Assembly (NCBI GenBank): GCA_003221005.1 | Contig: QHTZ01000026.1 | Location: 1-41,890 of the forward strand | DNA from: Gemmatimonadota bacterium | GTDB lineage: Bacteria; Gemmatimonadota; Gemmatimonadetes; Gemmatimonadales; GWC2-71-9 | DNA length: 41,890 nucleotides | Reading direction: 5' to 3' | In this document: piece after piece, positions 28,483 to 36,989 of the stretch | Position numbering within the stretch: position 1 is the stretch's first letter | Layout: the number at the start of each line of letters is the position of its first letter | Position numbers and translations under genes: made by a program | The notes under the pieces: generated by a model | What the model was told of the DNA's origin: nothing | The model's database searches: none | What the model saw: only the letters and a program-made list of their open reading frames with translations

Positions 28483-30053
28483 GAACTGCCCGGCAGGACG
28501 AATGGCCCGATGTGGGGCCCAGCGAATTGCGCAGTGACGTCGACGAGAAAAGCGAGGACGTCGCGCGTCTCCTCGGGCGCGATCAGCGCATCGACGAAGC
28601 CACGCGCCGCCGCGAACTTCGCGTCGAGCTCACGCTCGTAATCCGCGCGCATCGCGTCCACGGCCGGGGCGACGTCCGGATCGGCAACGCTGTCTCCGTA
28701 CACGGCCTGGACCGCCGATTCCCCTTCCATCACACCCATACGCCCCGTGGGCCACGACGCGATGAAATCGGGATCGAACCCCTGCCCCGCCATCGCGTAG
28801 TAGCCGGCGCCGGAGGCGTGGTTCAGGGTGAGGACAATCTTCGGCACCGTCGCCGTGGCCATGGCTTCCACGAAGCGCGCACCCGCGCGGATGATGCCGG
28901 AGTGCTCCGCCTCCACCCCCACCATGAAGCCCGAGACGTCCTGAAGGAACAGGAGGGGCAGGCGTTCGCGATCGGCCGTCTCGATGAAGTACGCGGTCTT
29001 CTCGGCGCTCTCGGTGTAGATGATGCCGCCGATCTTGGGCGGCTGGCCCTGCCGCCCCTTGATCACGCCGCGGTGGTTGGCGATCAGCGCGACGGGATGC
29101 CCGGCGACCGCGCCGTGGCCGCAGATGATCTCGGGACCGACCTCCGGCTGAAACTCGTCCAGCTGTCCGGCGTCGAGCACGCAGTCGAGCACTGCCCGCA
29201 TGTCGTAGCTCATCCGGTGATCGGCGGGCAACAGGTCGTACAGCTGAGCGGGGTCGCGCTTGGGCTGCGCCCGCGAGGCTGCGGGGCGCGGGGCCTGGGC
29301 AACGGGCAGGCGCTCGACGTACGCCCGAATCCGCTGGAGGCAATCCGCGTCGTTCTTGGCCCGGTAGTGCGCCACCGCACTCACGGCGGTGTGGGTTCGC
29401 GCCCCGCCCAGAGACTCGGCGTCGACGGTCTGGCCGGTCGCGCCCTTCACCAGGTTCGGGCCACCCAATCCCATGAACGAAGTGCCCTCGACCATGAAGA
29501 TCACGTCGGACAGCGCCGGGAGGTACGCCCCGCCGGCGATGCACGGACCCATGACGGCGGCGATCTGCGGGACGTGCAGGTAGCGTCGCATGATCGAGTT
29601 GTAGTAGAAGATGCGCGCCGCGCCATACTGTCCGGGAAACACGCCGCCCTGATACGGGAGGTTGACGCCGGCCGAATCCACGAGGTACACGATCGGAATC
29701 CGTTGGCGCATGGCGATTTCCTGCGCCCGCAGGATTTTCTTGATCGTTTCGGGCCACCAGGAGCCAGCCTTCACCGTGGCGTCGTTCGCCACGACCACGA
29801 CCGGCCGACCGGCGATCACCCCGATTCCGGTGACTACGCCCGCCGCCGGCGCCTGACCGTCGTACTGGTCGTGGGCGACGAGTAGCCCGACCTCGAACCA
29901 GGGACCGCCGCGGTCGAGCAGCCCGGCGACTCGCTCGCGCGCCGTGAGTTTGCCCTGCTCGTGCTGACGCCGAACTTTGTCAGGGCCGCCCCCCTCCTCC
30001 AGGCGCGTTTTGAGCTTGCGATACTCAGCGGTCAGCGTCTTGAGGCGGGTCAA
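28479..30053 (-). CDS. Acyl-CoA carboxylase carboxyltransferase (beta) subunit, methylcrotonyl-CoA-carboxylase-like
   Basis: GKLTARER, ANDATVKAGSW, LVDSAGVNLP, CIAGGAY and QDVSGFMVG; TTG start. Confidence 0.92.
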   Translation of the reverse strand: MTRLKTLTAEYRKLKTRLEEGGGPDKVRRQHEQGKLTARERVAGLLDRGGPWFEVGLLVAHDQYDGQAPAAGVVTGIGVIAGRPVVVVANDATVKAGSWWPETIKKILRAQEIAMRQRIPIVYLVDSAGVNLPYQGGVFPGQYGAARIFYYNSIMRRYLHVPQIAAVMGPCIAGGAYLPALSDVIFMVEGTSFMGLGGPNLVKGATGQTVDAESLGGARTHTAVSAVAHYRAKNDADCLQRIRAYVERLPVAQAPRPAASRAQPKRDPAQLYDLLPADHRMSYDMRAVLDCVLDAGQLDEFQPEVGPEIICGHGAVAGHPVALIANHRGVIKGRQGQPPKIGGIIYTESAEKTAYFIETADRERLPLLFLQDVSGFMVGVEAEHSGIIRAGARFVEAMATATVPKIVLTLNHASGAGYYAMAGQGFDPDFIASWPTGRMGVMEGESAVQAVYGDSVADPDVAPAVDAMRADYERELDAKFAAARGFVDALIAPEETRDVLAFLVDVTAQFAGPHIGPFVLPGSS

Positions 30054-30065
30054 AGGAGACGGGGG

Positions 30066-30497
30066 CTACGCGGACACACGCTGAGCGGCCCATTCCTCGA
30101 TGTACTTCACGAGCTCGGAGGTCGGTGTGCCCGGGCCGAACAGCCGGCCGACCCCCTGCTGCTCGAGGGCGGCGACGTCCTCGGGAGGGATGATCCCGCC
30201 GCCGGTGAGGAGGATGTCGGACCGGCCGGCCTGGTCGAGCAGCTTCTTGACGCGCGGAAACAGCGTCATGTGCGCCCCAGAGAGGATCGAGAGGCCGACC
30301 ACGTCCACGTCCTCCTGGATCGCGGCCTGGGCGATTTGCTCCGGGGTCTGGTGCAGCCCCGTATAGATCACTTCCATTCCCGCGTCGCGCAGCGCGGCAG
30401 CCACCACCTTGGCGCCGCGGTCGTGACCATCGAGCCCGGGCTTTGCCACGAGCACGCGGATGGGACGCCGCGAGCTCCGCCCCGCGGTCGCCGCCAT
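30066..30497 (-). CDS. icmB: Cobalamin-binding small subunit of an acyl-CoA mutase
   Basis: [12 protein letters not shown] (DxHxxG), SILSGAH and GGIIP; the icmB name is inferred from the IcmA-type partner. Confidence 0.88.
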   Translation of the reverse strand: MAATAGRSSRRPIRVLVAKPGLDGHDRGAKVVAAALRDAGMEVIYTGLHQTPEQIAQAAIQEDVDVVGLSILSGAHMTLFPRVKKLLDQAGRSDILLTGGGIIPPEDVAALEQQGVGRLFGPGTPTSELVKYIEEWAAQRVSA

Positions 30498-31531
30498 CAG
30501 CGTCGGAACCGCAGCAGCGCGGCGAGGCCTTGGACGGCACGGCGCGCGCGCTCGTCGTACAGCACGTCGACCTGCGCCCGCTGGGCCAGCGCTTCCTCGA
30601 TCGCGTCGTCGATGCGGGGATCGTCGTCGTGTCCATCCGCGAGCAGCGTACGCACCTGCCCACGCTCCAGCGCCTTGAGGGTGGGCTCGATGCCGTTCAC
30701 CGCCCAGCCCGTGGCCAGCCCCTCGCGCGCGGCTTCGGCATGGGCGCGCTCCCAGGCGCGCTCCCGTTCCTCGCGCAAGGTGAGCGCCGCCTCACGCACC
30801 TGGGCGGCCGTCACGCTCTTGCGGTTGAGCTTCACGACGCCCAGGACGAGGTCGTGCAGGTAGGTGTGCAGGTGCGGCAACAGCGCCGCCGCATCCACGC
30901 CGATCCCTGCGACGACCAGGCCCGCGAACGGGCGCTCGCTGTGCAACTGAAACACGCGGTCGGCGACGGCGGCGTACAGGCGGTGCTTCTCCTCGCGGAT
31001 CCGCTGATGGTAGTTGTGCTCCCCGGCGCTCCCACCCTTGCGGCGAGGCCGGCCCATCACCTCGTTGGCGCCGTGGAACTTGGCGGTCCGGCTCGCCGGC
31101 TGCACGAGCGCCGGCAGCTCCGTGACGTCGTACGCCGTCACCTCAAAGAACCGCGCCGCGGTGCGATCGTAGACGAGGTGCACGTGCGGCAGCGGGATCG
31201 CCTCGAACAGCGCGAGGGGGGTGCAGGCGAAGATCGCGATGCCGCGCGCCGGCGGCAGGCGAGCGGGCTCCTCGAAGAAGTGACGCACCCGCTCCAGATC
31301 CGCCGCGACGCTCTCCCGCTGAGCGTGTTTGAGCCCCTCGCGGTCGAGCGCCGCGAGCGCCTCGCGCACGCGGTTCTTCATCTTGATCAGGTACTTTCCC
31401 CGAGTCTTGTCACGGGGCTCGAGCTTCAGGTAGCAGGACACCACCTCGTACGGCCCGGGCGTGACGCGCGCGAGGCGGTGGATCGCCTGGCGCACGACCC
31501 CTTCTGTGGACAGGCTGGGAAGGGCGGTCAC
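30497..31531 (-). CDS. Bacterial archaeo-eukaryotic release factor 1-like (baeRF1) protein; possible short internal deletion
   Basis: [24 protein letters not shown], central RNase-H-like region and C-terminal GQVRTLL...GLAALLRF (eRF1 domain-3-like). Confidence 0.7.
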   Translation of the reverse strand: MTALPSLSTEGVVRQAIHRLARVTPGPYEVVSCYLKLEPRDKTRGKYLIKMKNRVREALAALDREGLKHAQRESVAADLERVRHFFEEPARLPPARGIAIFACTPLALFEAIPLPHVHLVYDRTAARFFEVTAYDVTELPALVQPASRTAKFHGANEVMGRPRRKGGSAGEHNYHQRIREEKHRLYAAVADRVFQLHSERPFAGLVVAGIGVDAAALLPHLHTYLHDLVLGVVKLNRKSVTAAQVREAALTLREERERAWERAHAEAAREGLATGWAVNGIEPTLKALERGQVRTLLADGHDDDPRIDDAIEEALAQRAQVDVLYDERARRAVQGLAALLRFRR

Positions 31532-31533
31532 GC

Positions 31534-33099
31534 TCAGAAGAACACCGGCTCGCGATAGGCGCCGTATACCTGTTCTAGCGCGTGCCGGATCTCGTACAGC
31601 GTGGCGTAGGCCCGGGCGCAGTCGAGCATCGGGCCGATCACGTTGTGGTCGCCCTCGGCAGCCTGGCGCAGGGCATCGAGGCGACCAGCTATCAGCCTGT
31701 TGTCGCGCTCGGCCCGCAGCCGCGCCAGCCGGCGCCGCTGGGTGTCCTCCGCGTCATTCGAAATCTTCAGGACCTCCACCGGGTGGTCGTCCTCGCTGAT
31801 GAAGTCGTTCACGCCCACGATGATCCCCTCGCCGGTCTCGACCTCGCGCTGGAACCGGTCCGCCGAGCGGGCGATCTGGCGCTGGAACCACCCGCTCTCG
31901 ATTCCCTTCACCACGCCTCCGACCGACTGGATCTCCGCGAACAGCGCTTCGGCTTCCCGCTCCATCTGATCCGTGAGCGCTTCCAGGTAGTACGAGCCGC
32001 CGAGCGGGTCGGCGACCTCGGGGACGCCGGTCTCATGCGCAATGATCTGCTGGGTCCGCAGTGCCAGCTGCACGGCCTGCTCCGTCGGGAGCGCCAGCGT
32101 TTCGTCGAGCGAATTCGTGTGCAGCGACTGCGTACCGCCGAGCACGGCCGCGAGCGCCTGGTAGGCGACCCGTACGATGTTGTTCTGGGGCTGTTGGGCC
32201 ATCAGCGTAACACCCGCGGTCTGGCTGTGGAACCGCATCATCCAGGAGCGGGGGTTCTTGGCACCGTAGCGCTCGCGCATGTGCCGCGCCCAGATCCGCC
32301 GCGCCGCACGCAGCTTCGCGATCTCCTCGAACAGGTCGTTGTGGATGTCCCAGAAGAACGAGAGGCGTGGGGCGAACGCATCCACGTCGAGGCCCCGCGC
32401 GAGCCCTCGCTCCACGTACGTAAACCCGTTCGCCAGCGTGAACGCGAGCTCCTGCGCCGCCGTCGCGCCTGCTTCGCGGATGTGGTAGCCCGAGATGGAA
32501 ATCGTGTTCCAGAGCGGCGCGTGCTGGGCGCACCACTCGAACATGTCGACGATGATTTTCAGCGCCGGCTCGACGGGGTACACCCAGGCGTGCTGCGCCA
32601 TGTACTCCTTAAGCATGTCGTTCTGCACGGTGCCCTGGAGCTTGGCTATCGGCACATGCTGTTGTTCGGCTGCCGCGACGTAGAAACAGAACAGCATCGC
32701 CGCGGGACCGTTGATCGTCATCGACGTCGAGACGCGGTCGAGCGGGATCCCGCGAAACAGGTCCTCCATGTCCGCCAGGGAGGAGATCGCGACCCCGCAC
32801 TTGCCGACTTCGCCTTCCGCCCGTGGATGGTCGGAGTCGTAGCCCATCAGCGTGGGAAAGTCGAATGCCACCGACAGCCCAGTCTGACCGTGGTCGAGCA
32901 GAAACTTGTAGCGGCGGTTCGTGTCCTCGGCTGTGCCGAACCCTGAGAACTGGCGCATCGTCCACAGGCGGCCGCGGTACATCGTGGGATGAATCCCGCG
33001 CGTGAAGGGGTACTCGCCAGGCCGCCCGAGTTGACGCGCGGGGTCGAACCCCGCGAGATCGTCCCACGTGTAAACGGCCTTCCGCTCGATTCCGCTCAC
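31534..33099 (-). CDS. icmA: Acyl-CoA mutase substrate-binding subunit with an isobutyryl-CoA mutase signature
   Basis: [20 protein letters not shown] (Phe in place of MCM Tyr), [11 protein letters not shown] (Gln in place of MCM Arg), [12 protein letters not shown] and GGTQSLHTN. Confidence 0.85.
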   Translation of the reverse strand: MSGIERKAVYTWDDLAGFDPARQLGRPGEYPFTRGIHPTMYRGRLWTMRQFSGFGTAEDTNRRYKFLLDHGQTGLSVAFDFPTLMGYDSDHPRAEGEVGKCGVAISSLADMEDLFRGIPLDRVSTSMTINGPAAMLFCFYVAAAEQQHVPIAKLQGTVQNDMLKEYMAQHAWVYPVEPALKIIVDMFEWCAQHAPLWNTISISGYHIREAGATAAQELAFTLANGFTYVERGLARGLDVDAFAPRLSFFWDIHNDLFEEIAKLRAARRIWARHMRERYGAKNPRSWMMRFHSQTAGVTLMAQQPQNNIVRVAYQALAAVLGGTQSLHTNSLDETLALPTEQAVQLALRTQQIIAHETGVPEVADPLGGSYYLEALTDQMEREAEALFAEIQSVGGVVKGIESGWFQRQIARSADRFQREVETGEGIIVGVNDFISEDDHPVEVLKISNDAEDTQRRRLARLRAERDNRLIAGRLDALRQAAEGDHNVIGPMLDCARAYATLYEIRHALEQVYGAYREPVFF

Positions 33100-34175
33100 G
33101 GCAGTGCTCCGCCCTTCAACTGGTGCAAGATCTCGGCCGCCACGTCATAAGGGTTCGTTCGGCCCTCGGCGACGTCATCCAGCCGCTCGGTGACGAGCTC
33201 GTCTGCGCGCGTAGCGTCCCACACCCATTGGCGTAGGGTACGCTCCACAACCGCCCGCAGCCGGTCGCGCAGCCGCTGCCGGCGGCGCGCGTCCCGCTGG
33301 CCGCTCGCTTGAAGGTAGGTGAAGTGGCGATCGAGCGCGGCGGCGAGGTCAGCGATCCCCTCCCCCTTCGTTGCGACCGTAGACAGTACGGGAGGCTCCC
33401 ACCCGTCGGACGGTCGAACGGTCGGACGGTCGGACCGAGACGGCGCTGTAACGTCCGACGGTCCGACTGTCCAACTGTCCGACCGCCGATGTTGCGCCAC
33501 ATGCCGGAACGCATTGCCGCGCCGCAGGCCGAGCATCACCTCGACCTCCTGCCGGAGTCTGTCTCCGCCGGGACGGTCACTTTTGTTGATCACGTAGATG
33601 TCGGCGATCTCCATCACGCCCGCCTTGAGCGTCTGGATGCCATCGCCCGACTCAGGCACCAGGACCAGCACCGTCGTCTCGGCGGTACGTGCGATGTCGA
33701 GCTCCGTCTGTCCGACCCCGACGGTCTCGATCAGGATGCGCTCGAACCCAAACGCCTCGAGCAGATCAGCCACTTCCTCGGTCGTGGTCGCGAGGCCGCC
33801 GCGTGAGCCGCGTGTAGCCATCGACCGGATGAAGACGCCCGAGTCGACGCTCGTAGACTCCATGCGGATGCGATCACCCAGCAGCGCACCACCCGTGAAA
33901 GGGCTCGTCGGGTCGACAGCGATGACGCCGACGCGTCGGCCCTCTCCCCGCAACTGCTGAATCAGCCGCTCGGCGAGCGTGCTCTTCCCCGCACCCGGCG
34001 GTCCGGTGATGCCGATGCGCCTCGCCCCACCGCGCCCCACCCGTGCATATGCGTGCGCCAGCACGCGCTCGAAGCCATCACGCTGGTTCTCCACGAGACT
34101 GATGGCCCGCGCCAGCGCCGTGGGGTCCCGGCGCTCGAGCCCATCGAGGATCCCGTCCACGAAGATAACGCTCAC
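33096..34175 (-). CDS. meaB: MeaB/ArgK mutase-associated GTPase (B12 chaperone)
   Basis: [35 protein letters not shown] and NKSD; carries a repeat-derived insertion. Confidence 0.95.
   Translation of the reverse strand: MSVIFVDGILDGLERRDPTALARAISLVENQRDGFERVLAHAYARVGRGGARRIGITGPPGAGKSTLAERLIQQLRGEGRRVGVIAVDPTSPFTGGALLGDRIRMESTSVDSGVFIRSMATRGSRGGLATTTEEVADLLEAFGFERILIETVGVGQTELDIARTAETTVLVLVPESGDGIQTLKAGVMEIADIYVINKSDRPGGDRLRQEVEVMLGLRRGNAFRHVAQHRRSDSWTVGPSDVTAPSRSDRPTVRPSDGWEPPVLSTVATKGEGIADLAAALDRHFTYLQASGQRDARRRQRLRDRLRAVVERTLRQWVWDATRADELVTERLDDVAEGRTNPYDVAAEILHQLKGGALP
33405..33483. repeat. 79-bp palindromic element (4x GTCGGACG-like octamers + 4x inverted copies) in frame inside meaB
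   Basis: gtcggacg gtcgaacg gtcggacg gtcggac - 17 nt - gtccgacg gtccgact gtccaact gtccgac; 26 of 31 positions are Watson-Crick complementary. Confidence 0.9.
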
Positions 34176-35368
34176 TTCCGATCCTCGGCGCGGCCGAGCG
34201 GCACCGTCCGCACCGGGCCCCGACGCGCGAGCAGGCGCTCGACGCGAGTGGACGTGGCGGCGAGGATGTCGAACTCGACGCCCCGCAGCAGAAAGCGCTC
34301 ACCCGCACGCGGGATCCGACCGAGCGCTTGCACCAGCAGGCCCCCGACGGTTTGTGCCCCAGGTCCGCCGACGGCGAGGCCGAAGAGTTCCTGGAGTCGG
34401 GCCCCCGGCGCGTTCCCCTCGAGCTCAACCACCCGCACGGGGGGCGCGCCCGGCTCTTCGGGAATGTCCCCGAAAATCTCCCCCACCAGGTTCTTCGTGA
34501 GGTCCTCAAGGGTCACCACCCCCGCCGTGCCGCCGAACTCGTCCAGCACCACCGCCAGGTGGCCGCGCCCGCGTTGCATCTCGAGCATCAGGTCGGCGGC
34601 TCGTGTGGTGCCGGGCACGGTGATCGCCGGTCGAGCCGGTATGGGATCGTCGGGTTGCAACGTGAGCAGGTCGAAGGCGTGCGCCACCCCGATCACCTCA
34701 TCGAGTGAGCCGCGATACACGGGGTAACGGCTGTACCCGGCCTGAGCACAGACGTGCGCCGCTTCCGCGGCGGGCGTTCCCTCCGGGAGCGCAACAATCG
34801 CCGTGCGCGGGGTCATCAGCTCTCTCACGGGCCAATCCGCGAACGCGAGCACGGCGGAAACGACCGCGATCTCGTCGGCCGCAGCGAGCGCCTCAGTGTC
34901 GGCGCCCGAGAGGACGGCGGCGAGCGTGGTACGGGCCGAGGGGTCGCGGCGGGGAATGAAGGGGGCGAGCGGGCGCCCGGCACGCTCCAGCCACGGGACG
35001 GCGCGGGTCACGATCGGCTCGGCCCAGCGCCGGCCGACCACGCGGGGCACGAGGTACGCCGCACTGACAAAGAGCGGGACCCCCACGGTGACCGTGAACA
35101 CGCCGAGAAACGTCGGAGTGGTCTGCGCCAGCAGCGCCGGCACCGCAGCGGCGGCGCAGACAATCCCCAGCGTGTTCACGGCGTTCGCGACGGCGAGGAC
35201 GCGGCCCGGGTTGTCGAGCACGCTCGCCGCCGCGCCCATGCCGCGCAACCGGTACGCGACCCAGCGGCTCAGCTCCACCTGGCTCACCGCCGCCGCGGCG
35301 ACGGCGATCGTGGCGGCCGCGCCCGCCAACACGAGGCCTAGGAGTAGCGCTACCAAGGAGGCGATCAT
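34172..35368 (-). CDS. CNNM/HlyC-CorC family protein (DUF21-CBS-CorC)
   Basis: N-terminal TM helices, VRELMTPRT, YSRYPVY and VLDEFGGTAGVVTLED. Confidence 0.88.
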   Translation of the reverse strand: MIASLVALLLGLVLAGAAATIAVAAAAVSQVELSRWVAYRLRGMGAAASVLDNPGRVLAVANAVNTLGIVCAAAAVPALLAQTTPTFLGVFTVTVGVPLFVSAAYLVPRVVGRRWAEPIVTRAVPWLERAGRPLAPFIPRRDPSARTTLAAVLSGADTEALAAADEIAVVSAVLAFADWPVRELMTPRTAIVALPEGTPAAEAAHVCAQAGYSRYPVYRGSLDEVIGVAHAFDLLTLQPDDPIPARPAITVPGTTRAADLMLEMQRGRGHLAVVLDEFGGTAGVVTLEDLTKNLVGEIFGDIPEEPGAPPVRVVELEGNAPGARLQELFGLAVGGPGAQTVGGLLVQALGRIPRAGERFLLRGVEFDILAATSTRVERLLARRGPVRTVPLGRAEDRK

Positions 35369-36540
35369 TGCCGCTCGAAATAGACGCGTGTGACGCGGCG
35401 TCGCTCCACCCGCTCGACCACGACGCGGAAGCCGTCGAGCGTCAACTCCTCACCTTGCCGCGGCACGCGTCCCAACGCCGAGTAGATCAGCCCGCCCACC
35501 GTCGACACATCTGGATGCTCGAAGGACCGGCCCAGGGCGAGCGACAAGTCGTCGAGGGTGACGCGGCCGTCCACCCAGTACCGGTCCCCGTCCCGGCGGA
35601 TCGCGGGCGCGGTCTCGACGTCGTGCTCGTCACGGATCTCGCCTACGACCTCCTCGAGCACGTCTTCGAGAGTGATGAGCCCGGACGTCCCGCCGAACTC
35701 GTCCACCACGATCGCGAGGTGCGCGGGGCCGCGCTGAAACTCGCGCAGCTGATTGTCGAGCGTCTTGCTCTCCGGGACGTAGGCGGCGGGCCGGATCAAC
35801 TCCTGCCAGCGGCCGCCGGCGTCGCTCATCCCCGTCGCGGCGGGCACGAGGTCCTTGGCGTACACGACACCGACGATGTTGTCGGGCGTACCGTCGTACA
35901 CCGGGAGGCGGGAGTGCGCGCTCGTGCGGAACAGCGCCAGCAGCTCGTCGAGCGAGGCACCCTGGTCGACCGCCACCATGTCGAGGCGGGGCGTCATGAC
36001 TTCGCTCACGGTCGTGTCGGCGAGCGTGAACACGCCCAGCAGCATGTCCCGCTGGGCAACGCCGAGCTCGGGCTCGAGCGGGCGCGGCGTGTTGACGAGC
36101 GCGTGGAGGCCGCGGTCCACCCAGGCGAGCAGCCACAGCAAGGGATGGAACGGAGACAGGGTGCGGCGCGCCAGCGGGAGCGCCGCCGCCGCGACCTCAG
36201 GAGCGAGGCGCGCGAGGCTGCGTGGCAGCGCGTCTCCCACGACGAACAGGAAGCCCGTGGCGAGCGCCAGATCGATGATCGCCTCGGACCACGGCCGCAC
36301 CCACCACGCGAGCACGTCGCCCGCGGCAACCGCGCCGAGCACGAGCAGGGCGAGGCGGGCGACGTGGAGGGCCCGGTGCAGTGGCACCCGGGCGCCCGTC
36401 GTCGCCGGCGGCGCGTCCCCGAGCGTGTGCAGGGCCTCGCCCACGGCCGCCTCCTCGCCCAGGGCGAGGAGACCCGCCCAGAGGGCCGCGATCAGCGCCG
36501 CAGCGACGCCGCCGATGAGGAAGGCGGTGGCGGTGAGCAT
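35365..36540 (-). CDS. CNNM/HlyC-CorC family protein (second tandem copy)
   Basis: ATG at 36540 (TGATG overlap); EVMTPRLDM, HSRLPVY, VDEFGGTSGLITLEDVLEE and C-terminal CorC domain. Confidence 0.9.
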   Translation of the reverse strand: MLTATAFLIGGVAAALIAALWAGLLALGEEAAVGEALHTLGDAPPATTGARVPLHRALHVARLALLVLGAVAAGDVLAWWVRPWSEAIIDLALATGFLFVVGDALPRSLARLAPEVAAAALPLARRTLSPFHPLLWLLAWVDRGLHALVNTPRPLEPELGVAQRDMLLGVFTLADTTVSEVMTPRLDMVAVDQGASLDELLALFRTSAHSRLPVYDGTPDNIVGVVYAKDLVPAATGMSDAGGRWQELIRPAAYVPESKTLDNQLREFQRGPAHLAIVVDEFGGTSGLITLEDVLEEVVGEIRDEHDVETAPAIRRDGDRYWVDGRVTLDDLSLALGRSFEHPDVSTVGGLIYSALGRVPRQGEELTLDGFRVVVERVERRRVTRVYFERQ

Positions 36541-36989
36541 CAGCCCTCCCGCGCGAGCAGGCGGCGCACGTAGGCCTCCTGCCGGCGCCACATCGGGGAG
36601 CGGGTGCGACCGGTGCCCTCCGGGTGATCGTAGCCGAGCACATGAAGCGTGCCGTGCACGGCGAGCCGCACTAGCTCCTCCTCCACCGCTCCCCCTTCGC
36701 CCTTCCCTCTTCCCCCGTTGCTCACCCAGGCCCGCGCCGCAGCGGGACAGAGGTACACATCCCCGATCAGCGCCCCGTCGGGTTGCGGCAGCGCGAAGGC
36801 GATCACGTCGGTGAGGCGGCGTCGCCCCGTCGCGCGCCGGTTGAGGCGCCGCATCTCAGTGGGGCCGACGAGCGTGAGCTCGACCCGGGTGCGGGGCGCG
36901 CCTTCCCACACCAGCACGCGCCGCGCGGCGCGCGCCAGCCGGCGCTCAGCCCCGGGCCGCCGGCTGCCAGGTCGCCGAGATCCCGCCAC
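36540..36989 (-). CDS. ybeY: rRNA maturation endoribonuclease YbeY; start uncertain
   Basis: MRRLNR..TDVIAF..GDVYLC and HGTLHVLGYDH metal motif; located in the phoH-HD-ybeY-corC neighbourhood. Confidence 0.9.
   Translation of the reverse strand: MAGSRRPGSRRPGAERRLARAARRVLVWEGAPRTRVELTLVGPTEMRRLNRRATGRRRLTDVIAFALPQPDGALIGDVYLCPAAARAWVSNGGRGKGEGGAVEEELVRLAVHGTLHVLGYDHPEGTGRTRSPMWRRQEAYVRRLLAREG
36687..36716 (-). repeat. Purine-rich heptamer tandem repeat in frame in ybeY
   Basis: GG GGGAAGA GGGAAGG GCGAAGG GGGAGCG, encoding GGRGKGEGGA. Confidence 0.6.

Noticed and set aside
33090-33105. UGA readthrough fusing meaB to icmA (IcmF-like), since TGA GCG GA resembles the Sec context
   Set aside because: icmA is in a different frame and begins at the overlapping GTG with a GGAG upstream; this is ordinary translational coupling.
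33405-33483. CRISPR array or IS terminal repeats
   Set aside because: The units are 8 nt with no unique spacers, and there are no cas or transposase genes in the window.
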